DNA from: Hydrolagus affinis
Taxonomy: Eukaryota
Direction: 5' to 3'
NCBI GenBank assembly: GCA_012026655.1
Contig: JAAILG010001603.1
Coordinates: 1-64,000, forward strand
DNA: 64,000 bases
Below the pieces are notes generated by a model. That model was not told the origin of the DNA. It ran no database searches and saw nothing but the letters and a program-made list of their open reading frames with translations. The translations under genes were made by a program, and so were the position numbers. This document shows, piece by piece, positions 38,006 to 51,639 of the stretch (its first letter is position 1; every line of letters starts with the position of its first letter).

Positions 38006-40754
38006 CAGCGAAATATAAAACTGGACTAACTAACTGACACATAACTAGAAAATGATTATATTTACCATTGTATATTCAGTACACAGGGTATCCAATCATT
38101 GCACTTATACAGATATACAGTTGGTGTAGCTCAGTCAAATTTGCTCTTGAAACTGTCTGTCAGGAGCGTGGCTCCAGCGTGATTTACTGAGATACCCTGC
38201 ACGTACGTTTCAATTCAATTGCAGTCGAAGCCACAGCAGTCTCTTACGGAGGGAGCATTCCGTATAACACAAATCAAGCTTTGTCCTCCGCAAGACACTA
38301 CCCCCTGGAAGTAATGCCACTTTTTTTTCCCCAAGCAGTAGAAATGGGTATTTTCCCACTTGCCTTTTTAAAAATATATATAAATATCTGTTCTCTACGC
38401 TCTCAATTGCTCTTAGTGGTACCCTTCTTGTCGTTTTCATGCCTCTGTCTTGAATTGCCCATTTGTTGAATTTAAAAAAAGCGACGCTTCTCGCAGTCTT
38501 GAGCTCTCCTTCTCTGCGCTTTTGTTCATTATTTCCTGTCCTTACACACAAAGAGACAAGACTCAGCATTAATAGATGGTGGGAGAGCCACAGAACAGCA
38601 CCTGCCATGTGAAGGTTGAAATACTGGCAATTTCTGCATTGCTTCTCTCTCCCCCACCCACCCCACCCCACTCCACACCTCCCCACCCCCCCTCCCCACT
38701 CCAGGGCCCCGTACACAATAAAGAAATAGCAGTGAAATAGGCAGTGTTGTACACCAGCACAACGACTACAAAGATCTGGCTTGGTCTTGTAGTGTGTTTT
38801 GAATGTGTCATTTTGCAAAAGATATGGATCTTGACCTAGAAACATTGTGCGGGCGGAAGCAATCTTGAAATAAAATCATATTGATGCGCTTTCTTTCTTT
38901 CTCCTGAGTGTTGAGGTAAAGCAGCAATAAAAGACTGCTCCATCCCTGTCACTTAGTATACAAGACAGTCAGTAACAGAGGCTAATTGTATTTTATTGCT
39001 CACACTCCACGGTGTTAGATAAATGGAGGCTGAGGGAAACTATGTTGTGTTTATGTAGTCAAAAGAGCTAGACCCAGTCATATCACTTTAAGCTACATTA
39101 CGACTAATTTGTGGTATTTTGTAAAAGATGACTTAATAAGAAATGGGTGATAGGATTTCTAAAGCATCGAATGTGATTACAGGATGCGCATTATTGAATG
39201 GTTATAACATAATTGAATGGCTCAAATACTATTGAATGCATTCTGGAGCACATTTAAAGCTTTTGAAATTTGATCATAAATTTCTCATTAACAAATCCAT
39301 TAGGTAATATCGCAAATTAAAGGCAGTTATTACAATCTCAGAACAATGGGGGTGGTGGAGATAAAGACAGACGAACGCTCTTCTTGCCTCCAGTGTATTT
39401 CTTCTTTCAAGGCACGAAAGCTAAAGTTTACTGGGGTTGGGACACTGTGAAATAATTGTACCATCGTTCGTCATTTAGAACTGCTGCATTGTCGCTGCAC
39501 GGTAACTATGGAAGGTACTGTCCGCGGTTTCCACGTCGGCATTGATCGATTTTTTTGTCTACTCGATTTCGAACGGGATTACTGGGCATGTTGCAATGTG
39601 AGAATACTTGCAGTGAGGCCATGGTGCTTTTGCGAGCATACGTTGAGTGAGCTGACCTGTAATTAATAACCTCTCGCAGTCTTGGATGTGGTAGTCATGG
39701 GGAGGGCTGCTGCATTTTCTATTTCAGCAGCCCGTTGCGGATGGAGGCAGTCGGCAATGGCCCCGTGGTGCATGAATGATCATCTCATTTTCTATGAAAA
39801 ATTCATGAGGCTGTAGTGTTAGCATGTGTAATCACTGTGTAATAACTGAGCCTTACTCTGCTGCTTGTGGAAATGGGGAGGGAGAGGTGTGCTTGGCGGG
39901 GGCGAACAACGGTGAGGTTTGGCGACTGAGGTGCTGGAGAGAGAAGCAAATTTTCTTTTAAAAACTGTCCAGTTATCTTACAATATCATTTTTGTTTATC
40001 GACTGCTTTTCGAATAAAACACATTATTGGAGGAATGGGAAACAAAGAGCTAAAGCATGTGTTTCTCCGGTTGTAACAGTTGTTTATTGGCTATCTGGAA
40101 CTTTGCTAAACTGCCACAGTCGCTTTTCGGAAGAAAGGGGGGAAACGGGAACCATCGACTCCATTAAAAGATATAAAATATAAATGCGGAACTTGTCATT
40201 TTTAATGGTATTGTGAAAAGAACTGACCTAGACAATAATTGGGCCGGGCAGCGATTTAAAAAGGTACATTAATGGATACTATTTAAACAGTTTGATACTC
40301 GAGCAGTTACCTTTGCCTACTGATAAAAATCGTGCAAGATTGGCAGAATCCATTTTCCGAGAGAAAGGCCAGAATGAGCCTGTCAGTTTCTGGTAAAGTT
40401 TAATAAATTTTATGTCATTTTAAAGACCAGGCAGTGAAGAATTGCCCAAGGCAAATAAAACATGATGAACCACTGATACTGTAATTTAACATACTCAGTC
40501 ATACACTTGGTCCAATACCTTTATGAAGACTACCTGATAAGCTGTCAATGGCTATCATTCTGCACATTCTGTTCTCCACTCAAAACATGTGTAACCTCCT
40601 CGAGCAAACTCACTGGCAAAGTGTAGGATTATTCGTTACCAAAGTTTAATGCTATTATTGTTTATATTCCATCTCACACACTTTTGTCCGACTTTTGTTA
40701 CTTTGAGTCCCATTTCATTTCTATGCTGCTTTTAATGTACATTTACCATCAGAC

Positions 40755-41153
40755 GTGGAGTCCTGTAGCTCAGTGTACTTTAGAGAGTTAGAGTACTTTA
40801 GAGAATTCACCCCACAAGTGAGAGGACATGGGCTCGATTCCCAGTAGGGTGAAACTTTGGGCACATTTCCTCACCCCGCACACCTCTGTTATCCAGCATT
40901 GAAGTAGGAATCTGGTTGTTATTCGATTCGCGGATGGCCTTTTCTGGGGTAATAATAATAATTGGGACACTGCTGTGTGCAATTGGCAGCTGCGTTTTGC
41001 CCCCAAAACCTACAACAACAACAACTTGGATTTATATAGCCGAACGACGTCTCAGAGCGCTTAAAACAGTCGATTCTGTATATTCAGTGAAGCATTTTGA
41101 GACATCTCAAAGACGTTATATGGCGCTTTGTATAAAGTGCAAAGATTATTATT
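40755..41153 (+). mobile_element. SINE, long subfamily, with internal rearrangement
   Basis: Head with duplicated 'gtactttagaga', insert 'tctgttatccagcattgaagtaggaatctggttg', tail. Confidence 0.8.
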
Positions 41154-42362
41154 AGATTCCAGACTTATATCTACAATCCTGGTATATCATAATGACTGGG
41201 CGATGCACAGAAAATGGTATTTACCCCTAAAACATGTCCTAAATTGGAAGAGAAAAGTGCATGCGGTGATAGCGGATCACTGGCAATTAGTCATAAAAGG
41301 CCTGCAAAATTGATATTGATAGATATTTGATTATTCGAAGATTAATGGACATTGCGTTTTAATGAATCAATCAAAACACAACCATACCATAAGGGAGTAC
41401 GCAGAAGATAAAGCTCAACCCCCTCGTGTCACCAATTAGTTCAGGCTGTTAAGCGTCTCTTTGAATTTTAATGATGTATTTCCAAACAGGTTGTATGAAG
41501 GGAGAACAATTCGTGACATCCTAGGAAACAATACTGTATTGAGATCAAACCCGAACACAAGAATAACAGCCAGATCATCGCGTATTAAAATAATCCTCTT
41601 GATATGTACCCAGTTACTGTCCTACGCATCCTTTATTTCCTTTGTACAACATGTTGTAACACCACTCACGTATTTATAGTGTACAAGGGGGTCACTTGGG
41701 ATAGTTCATTGTTGCACACAGGGTATCTCACAATCATCCACTCACACATTTAGATACATCCTTAACCACTTCCACACTTACTGGAAATTGCTGGTTAATC
41801 ATAAGAAGCTGAAATCGTGCAGCCCTTTGGGGGAGAAAATAGAGCAAAGGCTTTAGATAAAAGCATCTATTTCGGCGAGCGAGAGCAGGTCTTTGAACAC
41901 AAATGAAGTTTGAATTACATCATTTATTTGCTGGGTGTAAAAGAGAGGGTTATTATTCCTAAATAAAATATTGATCAATTCAGTGAATCACTGTGGTTTT
42001 GATACAGATTGGCTCATTCAACTCTCTCTGTGGCTCAGTTGATGAATCTGTTGCCTGCAGCAGAACTGAGTGAGCCACACTGATTGCAGTGCTCCAGGTT
42101 CAATCTTCTGCCTCTGCTCATTCCAACCAGGGCACCAAGTAGGCAAAGTAGAATTGACTGCATTACTTCATCAGGAGGCTCCATCTGGAGAGTGTTAATG
42201 TGCTGCAAGAAGCTGAGAACTATACCAGGGTCTACCTAAAAACCTTCCATTTTGAATGGTCACCTCCCCACTCCCTCTCCCCCTGGATGGTTGTCAGACT
42301 CTGCCACTGTGCAGCGCTCTGGATGCTACCCTGTGTGAATCTAAATACAAATTGTTGTTGTT

Positions 42363-42703
42363 GTGGAGTTCCTAGAGCTCAGTGGGTTAGAGCACTCGCC
42401 TTACAAGCGTGAGACCTGTGTTCGAATCCAGACAGGTCAGGGCCAAACCTTGGGCAAGTTTCCTTACTCCACACGCCTAATAATAACCCGTCCCAAAAAA
42501 ACACAATACCTGTCATAAAAATTGGTCGTTTCAATCCATGGCTGTTTGTGAGATGCTGCTGTGTGCAATTGGCTGCTGTGTTTCGCCCACAAATATACAG
42601 TCAATTCACTTTACAGTATATTCCGTGAAGTGCTTTGAGACGCCGATAAGATGTGAGAAGCGCTATATCAAATGCAAGGATTATTATTATTATTTTTATT
42701 ATT
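42363..42703 (+). mobile_element. Full-length SINE
   Basis: Near-consensus copy. Confidence 0.93.
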
Positions 42704-45047
42704 GTTGATATCCCCCAAGGTCAAAAGGTCTGCTTTCCTGACTGTCCAGACCAGTTGCCAGCTCCTGCTTTCAACAAGGTGTCAAGTAAATGTATATTTT
42801 TTTAAGGTCTCACAAACAGCCATGAAGTGACGAATGCATTTATCTGGAGGTTTTTGTTGGCCACAATTGTTCACCAGAAGCAACTCTCTTTTACAGCTGA
42901 CTGAAATGTGCAACTGAAATAATACTAAGTTTTTAACAATATTTTTAATATATAGATTACGCATGAAGATAGGGCAACCAGCCAATAGATGTAGCTAGTC
43001 TTGTAGCTTGGATAGTGGTCAATGCAGATCATTCTACTTGTTTCACATTATTATTATTTATTATTATTATAATACCAAGACCTGTGCTGGCAACACTACA
43101 TTGCAAGGTTCATTGCTGTTCTTAATATAGTAATTCATTGATGAAGTGGTGAGAACCTTGTGGTACAAATCGATCATATCCTCCTCACAGCAACGACCGA
43201 CTAGTGTTAATTATGTCTATTAGCAAACATGGAATAGGAAATGGATTTGGGTATAATTATTGATCATTCAATGAAAGAGTACAATCAATGTGAAGCTAAT
43301 TATATTCTAGAAAATATCTTAAGAGATAGAGTGGAGCACTGTTGCGGAGTTCTGTACTGAGATGTGTAGAAGATGTGAAAAACACTATATGAAATGCAAG
43401 TATTATTACTATACTATTATTATTAAGATCACTTGACTATGAGTCATAATAAAAGATATGTAACCTTCTCCAGAACAGCGGTCAGTTTATGTTTGCAATA
43501 TTATGTACTATGTAGAGTCCATCTCAAAGTGCTTCACAAAATATACTGTAAAGTGAATTGACTGTGTACTTGTGAGCGAAACGTGGCAGCCAATTGCGCA
43601 CACCAGTGTCCTGCGAACCGGCATGGATCGAAATGACCAGTTTTTTTTTCTTGAGCGATTATTATCAGGCGTGTGTGGAGTGTGGACGCAGTTTTGCCCT
43701 GCCGTGTATCGAACCCAGGTCTCCGGAGTTGACGATGTGGATATTTGAATTGATCTGTTTAGTGCACAGAAAGAGGACATGTGTTCAAATTATACTGGTC
43801 TCAAGCAGAACCAGTGAACAAACTGATATGGTTGAGTGTGGAACATTATGTTGCAGAGCGGCGTCAGCAGAAAGTGACCCCACTTGCCTGCACTAGGTGT
43901 AATCTGGCATGTACATTACCGACAACAACAACAATAATAATAATCCTTGAGTTCGATAAATCACAGGCACCGTGGCAACGCAGAGTTTACAAACGCCATC
44001 TTACAAATGCTGGGCTCACAAACAGCCCAACGTCTGAGCTCGTTTGTGACCACAGATAGATGCCCTTCTGCAGCTATTCAATGTCTTAAAGCCCGGTGAC
44101 TGACATATATATCTAGCCAACAGCTCCTCACGGACCATCCTGCATCGGCAGCGAGGTGCTCATTAGTAGTCTTGCTAAAAATTGAGGTCTGCTTGCTAGG
44201 AATCAGGACCTGTTATCTTAGCATCAGGCTGCTCGTCTGGCAGTTCACCTTGAACCATTCAAGACAGGCTCACTTTCAATTGTGTTTCGAGATCATGGCT
44301 CCAAACTGGTGTATCAAGCCAAGATACCATGCCTTCTCTAAATGACTGTATATTTTAAGCATTCTGTTGTAGGAAGCACTGCACAACCATAAGGAAGGTT
44401 TCACTGAAATTTACTAATGATCTGTTTCCCCCACTCCACTCCACTCTACCCACCTCGTTCTTCTGTGATTCGTGAAGACATGTTTTGGTTTTAATTTATT
44501 TTCGCCCTTGGAGTATATGGTAAATCCTGCCTTGATTTTATGGCGTGGATCTGCTTGAGAATGGTGACCCGAATCCACTTCCCTGTCTTAAATTAATTAT
44601 TTCGTATTTGAAATGAGGGTGGCTTCCAGTTGCTGCTATTTAAAGAACGCTCACAAAATTCAAGCTCTCCTAGACGCTACCCCTCATGAAGGATCGCTAT
44701 TTAAACGCGAGTTGTTGTTGAACCAAAAATATATCATCCTTGTATTTGTTACCACGCTTTACACATCTTCTGGATGCCTCAAAACGACTCATGGAATGTC
44801 CTTTAAAGTGAATTGATCATATATCTGTGGCCGAAACGCGGCAGCGGTGTCCCACAAACAGTCGTGGACTGAAATGACCAATTTATTATTGTTTTGGTCC
44901 CTTCTGTTGTTGAATCACCATAAATGTTACTCCGATGTCTCTACCAATCAGTGAGTCTAAGTAACAAGGGGTGAAAAGCTAATGATTCTCAGGGTTAGAA
45001 AAAAATGGCAGGTTGGAAGAATTTTTTTTTACTAATAAGAACGATGA

Positions 45048-45300
45048 GATTACATTTGTAGAGCGTCTTTCACATCGGGAAGACGTCCCAAGGTGCTGAC
45101 AAGTTAGGGGTCAAGACCCGAGCATGGTGAGGGTGGGGGCAGGTTCGGAATGAGGGAGGGAGGAGAAATAGGAGGGTGGCTGAAGGCACGGTCGAAAAGG
45201 AGGATCTTGAGATTGGCCTTGAAGGAGGCAAGGGAGGGAGCAAGGCAAAGGGATTGCGGGAGTGAGTTCCAAAGGATGGGCGGGCAGAGGGCAGCTGGAA
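45048..45300 (-). mobile_element. L2 3' fragment
   Basis: ORF track shows PILWNSLPQSLCLAPSLASFKANLKILLFDRAF. Confidence 0.9.
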
Positions 45301-47538
45301 CTCGGAATGGTTTATCATATATCACTGTTGACGTCAAGTTCATAACGGGATTAAACTAGGAATAAATAATACTAATAATAATTCTTACACTTCATATAGT
45401 GCTTTTCATGTCTTCCAGACGTCTCAAAGCAGTTCACAGAATATACTATAAAGTGAATTCACTTCATTTTTTTAAAACAGTGGGCGAAACAAAGCAGCCA
45501 ATTGCGCACGCTAGTGTCCCACAAACAGTCGTGGATTGAAATGACCGATTTAGTATTGTTTTGAAATGGATGCAATCATATGAAGGAAATTAATGATAAT
45601 AAAAGGTTTGGGGGAAGAGTAGTGGGGGGAACAGCAGCCACGTAGATAGCATCAGCCAGGCCGTTAGCTCCAACAAATGTGCCCACTGGCACACTGTGAA
45701 CATAGTAACTTGTGTATTTATGCGTATCATTGTTCATGATGGACAGCCATTGACGTGACATGAATGTAACATTTTAGGATGCAATCTTTGCACTACTAGA
45801 CATGCCAGCCTGGAAGCAGTTAACCACACTTAGCCGTGTGTTGTCCTCCCGACGTGAAAGGCGCTCTATAAGTGTAATTTTGTTGTGTTGTTATTTAAAG
45901 TTACCGCAATTTGAGAATGAGGAACAGCAGTTCCCATAAGAATCCCTCAGGAGCTTGTGTTTCAGTGTACGGTCATGAATAACAGCTTACACACCTCGGA
46001 TGGTAACCGTGTTGGTGGGCAATATTCCAATGTCTCTACTTAAATAGTTTCCTGATGTAATATGTATCACTGTCGGAATACTAACAAACAACATATTTTG
46101 CAAACTGCAGCAACGGTGGTACGATTGGAAGAGCATATTTTAAACTCATTTAACAGTTCACTCTCGTTCAAAATACAATATTACATATTAGCAGAGATGT
46201 ATTTTTGTCAGCAACCCAGTTTATTGTGTCCCAATTTAATGCCTTTATTCTGTGTAGAATCTATTTTTATTTCATTCAGTAAAGCACAGTCTTGTCTTTT
46301 AAGCTGTTCAGGAAATCTACTCGGCACCATACAAAATGTTCCCCGATAATACATTTGTCCTTTCCATATTTACTGTAGAACATAAGTCATTTTTGATTAA
46401 ATGTCTAACCAATAGACCCAAACAGAATTTTCAGTAGACAGTCTTTTAAGAAGTAAATTAGGCAATGATTTTCATGTTAGCGTCACAACGAGTAAGATAG
46501 GTTTTTCAGTATTTATGTGACCTCAAGGTCACATAAAGGAAAGCAGCATTAATCAAAATGACACCTAGGCAAGAAACCTAAACTCTCCTCATGTAAACTG
46601 TATCCTCGAGTGTACTGTAATCCAACACTGAACCATAGTTTGTTTCACCATCTGATTCCTGCAGAGTACCCTCTATTAATACAGACCTTTCAATTCGGTG
46701 TTTGTTCATTAAGAATGTATACACATTTAATATGTTTGAATTACATAGAATCAATAGAATAAATATTTGCTTTGCAACCAAAAATACGGTTTGCCATATA
46801 TAATTTAAAATATTCACTTCCTACATTATTGTTAGTCTTAAAGCATATTTATCTGTACAGATAACCAAATACTGCAAAGGTCCAATGAGCTGAGGGTTCA
46901 TTTCTAGTGCAAAACCAAAAGGGCGAACAGGGATCAGCACTGAATGAAGTTCAGATGTAAAGTGTTGCAAGACAAATAATTATTAGCTGAAATTTTTTTT
47001 TAAAACATCTGCCACCCTTGTAAATGCCATGTTTGATATGTTCATTTCAGTGACTTGATCTCACTGACTTGACACTCTTCACTTTCCACAAGTTAACCAG
47101 AAAAGAGCAATTAACCAACACGCACCCTGCGCGACAAACTGAAAGGAATTTATTGTAATTTCCTCTTTCAAGCTGTAGCATTGCATACAATCGCTGCTGA
47201 ATAATAGACTTCACAAATATAATAAAAGAAAAAGGATGAAATACATGCAGCATCATGTAAGTTCATTATTTCTTTTAATTAATTTGTGACAACGTGGGTT
47301 TTACTGTAAAATAAAACTGTTAATTCTCCAAGGTAATAAGTCTTCTCGCCACTTTATTTCACATTGGGTTTAATAGCCCTGAAACCTATCATGAGCAGTC
47401 TTTGTAAAATTCACCTCGGGTTCAAGCAATACACTCCACCTCCCGGCACAGCACACCTCAAACCATTTCCTCTATACCCTTGTACTGTATTAGCATATTT
47501 TGAATAGTCCATTTTTGCATTCCATTTCAGAAGAACGT

Positions 47539-47778
47539 TAATAATAAGAAGAATCCTTGCATTTGATATAGCGCTTTTCACATCTTATCAACGTCTCAAA
47601 GCGCTTCACAGAATATACTGTAAAGTGAATTGACTGTATGTTTGTGGGAGAAACGCGGCAGCCAATTGTGCACAGCAGTGTCCCACAAACAGTCGCGAAA
47701 TGACCAATTTTTTATTATTGTTGTGTTTTTTGGGGGATGGATTATTATTAGGCGCGTGGAGTAAGGAAACTTGCCCAA
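47539..47778 (-). mobile_element. 5'-truncated SINE
   Basis: Reverse tail through to 'ggaaacttgccc'. Confidence 0.9.
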
Positions 47779-47820
47779 CATTCAGCTGACACAGCAGAGA
47801 TTGTGGTTTACACACTCTGC

Positions 47821-47896
47821 CAACTTACACTAGCACACTAACAACACACACTAGCACACTGACAACACACACTAGCACACTGACAACTTATACTAG
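47821..47896. repeat. 21-bp minisatellite, ~3.6 copies (caacacacactagcacactga)
   Basis: Units start at 47821, 47842, 47863 and 47884. Confidence 0.92.
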
Positions 47897-47984
47897 AGTT
47901 TCTCCTTCCCCCATTCATCGGGATTGACAATGACAATCCTTGCATTTGGGATAGTATCTCATTCACATCGTTAAGATGGAACCA

Positions 47985-48175
47985 CAGTGCTTCAGGTGAG
48001 ATGTTAAACCGAGGTCCCATCTACCTGTGCGGGTGGATGTTAAAGAGCTCATGATACTATTCCAAAAGAAAATGAAGTTTCTTCCTGTTATCTTGGGCAA
48101 CAGTCCACTCAAATTATAATTGTTCGTTCATTTCACGACTGTTTGTGGGGCATTGCTGGGTGCAAATTTGGTGCC
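47985..48175 (+). mobile_element. Old Deu-domain SINE fragment
   Basis: 'gagatgttaaaccgaggtcccatctacctgtgcgggtggatgttaaaga...actattcc'. Confidence 0.75.
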
Positions 48176-48179
48176 TCAA

Positions 48180-48505
48180 TCAATCAAAACTTACATTTAT
48201 ATGGGACGTCGAGAGAACGGGACAAGAGCAAGGGGGACAAGAGCAGGGTGGGGAGGGGGAGGGGCGTGATGAAGAAGAGTAGGAAAATCGACTGTATATT
48301 TGTGGGCGAAACATGGCAGCCAAATTCGCACAGCAGTGTCCCACAAACAGTCATGGAAGTGGGATTAGGGGAAAAAGCCTCATCCTCTCACCAAACACAC
48401 AGTCACTCCACTTTACAGTAAATCCTATGAAGCGTTTTGTGACATCCTCCTGACATGAAAGGCACTTACATATATCAAATGTAAGGATTATTATTATAAT
48501 AATAA
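48180..48505. mobile_element. Chimeric L2/SINE element
   Basis: Reverse L2-like purine segment joined to a reverse SINE body, then a plus-strand hybrid tail. Confidence 0.7.
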
Positions 48506-49470
48506 TTAGGACAGATCCCCTGTTCTTCCAATCAATACTTTAAAACCTGTACACTTGAACTATCTGATGCGTAGTCCTGTCATTACATGATTACTCCATA
48601 TAGGAATATAATTCCAGTTGCACCGCTGTGACACTTTCAGTAATTACGATGAGGCTGTACTCTCCACATGCTATTTAACTCACTGTAATGAAATAATGTG
48701 CAATAACTAAAACACCAATTAAGCACATTAATAGCAGGCAGACCTGACCAAAATAAGCTCCACTGATGTTCTCCACTTTAAACAATGCCGTGTTCATGTT
48801 TGTGGGAAAGTCATAATTGAATGAGGTTTAAATACTGCTACCAGTCATTCATTCTTGCATTCATGTAAGTGAGTTCAGGAACATGTCATTTGTAGGAGTT
48901 TTCACTTTGATCGCTAATGCTTTATAGCAATGCAGACAGAACAAAGGAAAGAGGAGGAGGAAAGATTATCCTTTCTGAGAATTTAAGGATAAGAGGCAAT
49001 GTCTTGGCATTTTACGGAGAATCAATGTCTCTGTATTAGTTTTATCTCACAGGAGACATTTTGATTGGTACATCATATTTTGAATGCTTTGAATCTTACA
49101 ATTCCCCCTGTCTGTTCCTTTAGCCTGTAGCTGTGCAGGGAACAGTGGTGATGGATGAAGAACACCATTGGTTCTTTGTGCTCACTGCAGTTTAAAATGA
49201 ATTGATTTATTTTGTTTCTTTTTTATTGCAGGAGCAATTATTAGTACTGTTTGAACAACGCAGATTAATTTGAGCAGAGCGCCCACAAAAAACACAGTCA
49301 ATCCACTATAGAATATTCTGTGCAGCATTTTGAGACATCTCAATGACATGAAAAGGCACTATATCAAATGCCAGGATTATTATTATTATTGATGATTATT
49401 ATTATTTATTATTATTATTTTTCTCCTTATAGTGGCTGTGCTACGGAGAAACATTTGGTGAATGGAACTG

Positions 49471-49747
49471 TCTTCATGTCTTCTTTACGTCTCAAAGCGC
49501 TTCACAGAATATACTGTAAAGTGAATTGAGCTATATTTGTGAGCAAAGCGTGGCAGCTAATTGCGCACAGCAGTGTCCCACAAACAGTTGCGGATTGAAA
49601 TGACCAATTTATTATAATGTTTTTTGAGGGATTATTATTAGGCGTGTGGAGTAAGGAAACTCACCCATGCTTTTGCCCTGCCAAGATTCGAACATGGGTC
49701 TCACGCTTGTAAGGCGAGTGCTCTAACCACTCAACTACAGGTCTCCA
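49471..49747 (-). mobile_element. SINE flanked on both sides by plus-strand SINE tails (49280-49420, 49845-49980)
   Basis: Reverse head 'gtgctctaaccactcaactacaggtctcca'. Confidence 0.9.
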
Positions 49748-51239
49748 TAATACCCAATATTTATATGCTTGATTGCTATTCAGCTCAGAGACACGATACT
49801 GCAATGCCAACTGTCATGATATGAAATCTTCCTGACAAACGATGACTTTGGGACACTGATTTGCGCAATTGCGCACAAAATATAGAGTCAATTAACTTTA
49901 CAATATACTCTGTGAAGCGCTTTGAGACGTCTCAACAACATGACAAGGCGCAATATCAAATGCAAGGATTGTTATTACTATATTCTCAATTTGATATCCT
50001 GTTCAAAATCAACACATCTTACACTTAATGTAGTATTTCCTTGTTGAAAAGTGAACCTAGGTCCAGAAATATTCATAGATCTTAAGGTATCACATTGCTG
50101 CTTTATCTGGCAGGGTCCATGTTTTGGATTCATGGACTATAATGAGGTATTTTTCTTTTCTTTCTGACTATTGTGGACAGGTCATCAGATGACCAGATTT
50201 TCACAATCCCTGTGCAAAGTTAATTTACAGCTTAACTGATAAGATCCTGCAAACAGTCAAGATTTATTTTTAATGCCAATTTCCTTTTTGAATTTCTGTG
50301 AACAATAAACTCCCATTTGCTTTGAACTAAGCTTTTGAATGTTTATGGTTTATTGAGCTTGGAAGGTGCAGATTACCTCAGTCTATGAAAATCTTTGTGG
50401 TAATGAATCGCAAGGTAAAAATTGACAGATAGTGTCATGAATCCAGATATGGAAACTGCCTGAAACAATACTGCAAAATCAGTGAGTCACAGTTAGTTCA
50501 AAGATCTTCTTTTATAGGCAGCGAAAAGGCCACATGTTTAAGATTCACAGAGCCACATTGTATATTCAGATATGTCACTGCTTGATGTCAAAATCACCTC
50601 AGAAGCAGAGAGTAAGAGCTGAAAAGGACTATGTTTGTTGGTAGCCCCTACAGAGAGGTTACCTCTGGTTGTGTGAACTCACAAGAGTGAGCTCTCACAT
50701 TTCCCTAATCTAGGCAACATTGACATTATTAGATGCATTAGAAGTCAGCTCCTGCCATTATTGAATTAGTTGCATAATTTATTTTTAAGTCAACTAATTG
50801 GCAGATTCTTAATGTACATGCAATGACTATTATTTGCAAATTATACCAGAGTCTTTAAATTATGTGATATAATTTGACAGCAAACAAAATTAAATATATA
50901 GATTAAAAAAAAGTTAAATTAAAAAGCTGTCACCTGATGACTTTGATCTCTAATTATTTACTTAGAATAACACAGCAATGGATCAAGATCCATATAAGAA
51001 CATGACGTCTGATCACCGCGGTGATTATCCAATGTGTCAAATTAAATTGATTTAATTTGACAGAAAATTATTCATCTGAAAGTGCAACATGCGAGTTAGC
51101 ACATGTAAGACAGATAGTCTGTAAATTAATGCCACAAGTCAGATTATTCAACAGGATAGAGCAAACCAGGAAACACAGATACACACTGGTAATTCAATGC
51201 ATGGTCCTAGAAAGAACAAGTGACCGTTGAATTGAGTTC

Positions 51240-51580
51240 TATACAAGTTTACAGAAGAGTCAAATTCGGCCCATTGGGTTCGACAATTCAGGGGAGTTCT
51301 CTGCCCTAATTTCATTATCTGACTGTTTCTCCTTGTGCTTTATTATTCTCCCTCAAGCAGTTATTCAATGGACTGAACTTCACCAGCAATTTGTAGTAAG
51401 TTATTCCATATTCTACCAATCCGCATTTCATTTTTCCTTCTGTTTTTCTCAATTTATGACCTCTTAGTACTAACTCAGTAAACATGATCTTGCTCCCTTT
51501 ACCCTATCAAAAACATTCATGATTTGGGAAAAATGCTTTTGAACCACTTTAACCTCCTGCGGTCCAGCAAAGATGGATTC
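51240..51580 (-). mobile_element. Degraded CR1 3' fragment
   Basis: 'attcggcccat', 'ttattccatattctacca', 'ttatgacctcttagtact', 'ttaccctatcaaaaacattcatgattt' are reverse CR1 3' landmarks. Confidence 0.7.
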
Positions 51581-51639
51581 TTAACCTCGACAGTGAAGTG
51601 AAACTCTTCTGTGGTATGTTGGAGTAGATGCTAACAAAT

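Noticed and set aside
38210-38845. 211-aa minus-strand ORF
   Set aside because: Includes a G-rich low-complexity tract and shows no protein-family signal
42363-42440. tRNA-like cloverleaf with a TAC anticodon loop (and equivalents at every SINE head)
   Set aside because: Mismatched anticodon and acceptor stems, and it continues directly into the SINE body; SINE head, not a tRNA gene
47821-47896. Repeat array considered as CRISPR-like
   Set aside because: Head-to-tail units with no unique spacers, in a eukaryotic context; ordinary minisatellite
51011-51027. Resemblance of atcaccgcggtgat to the phage lambda operator consensus
   Set aside because: No phage or bacterial sequence nearby; coincidental, kept only as part of the palindrome cluster
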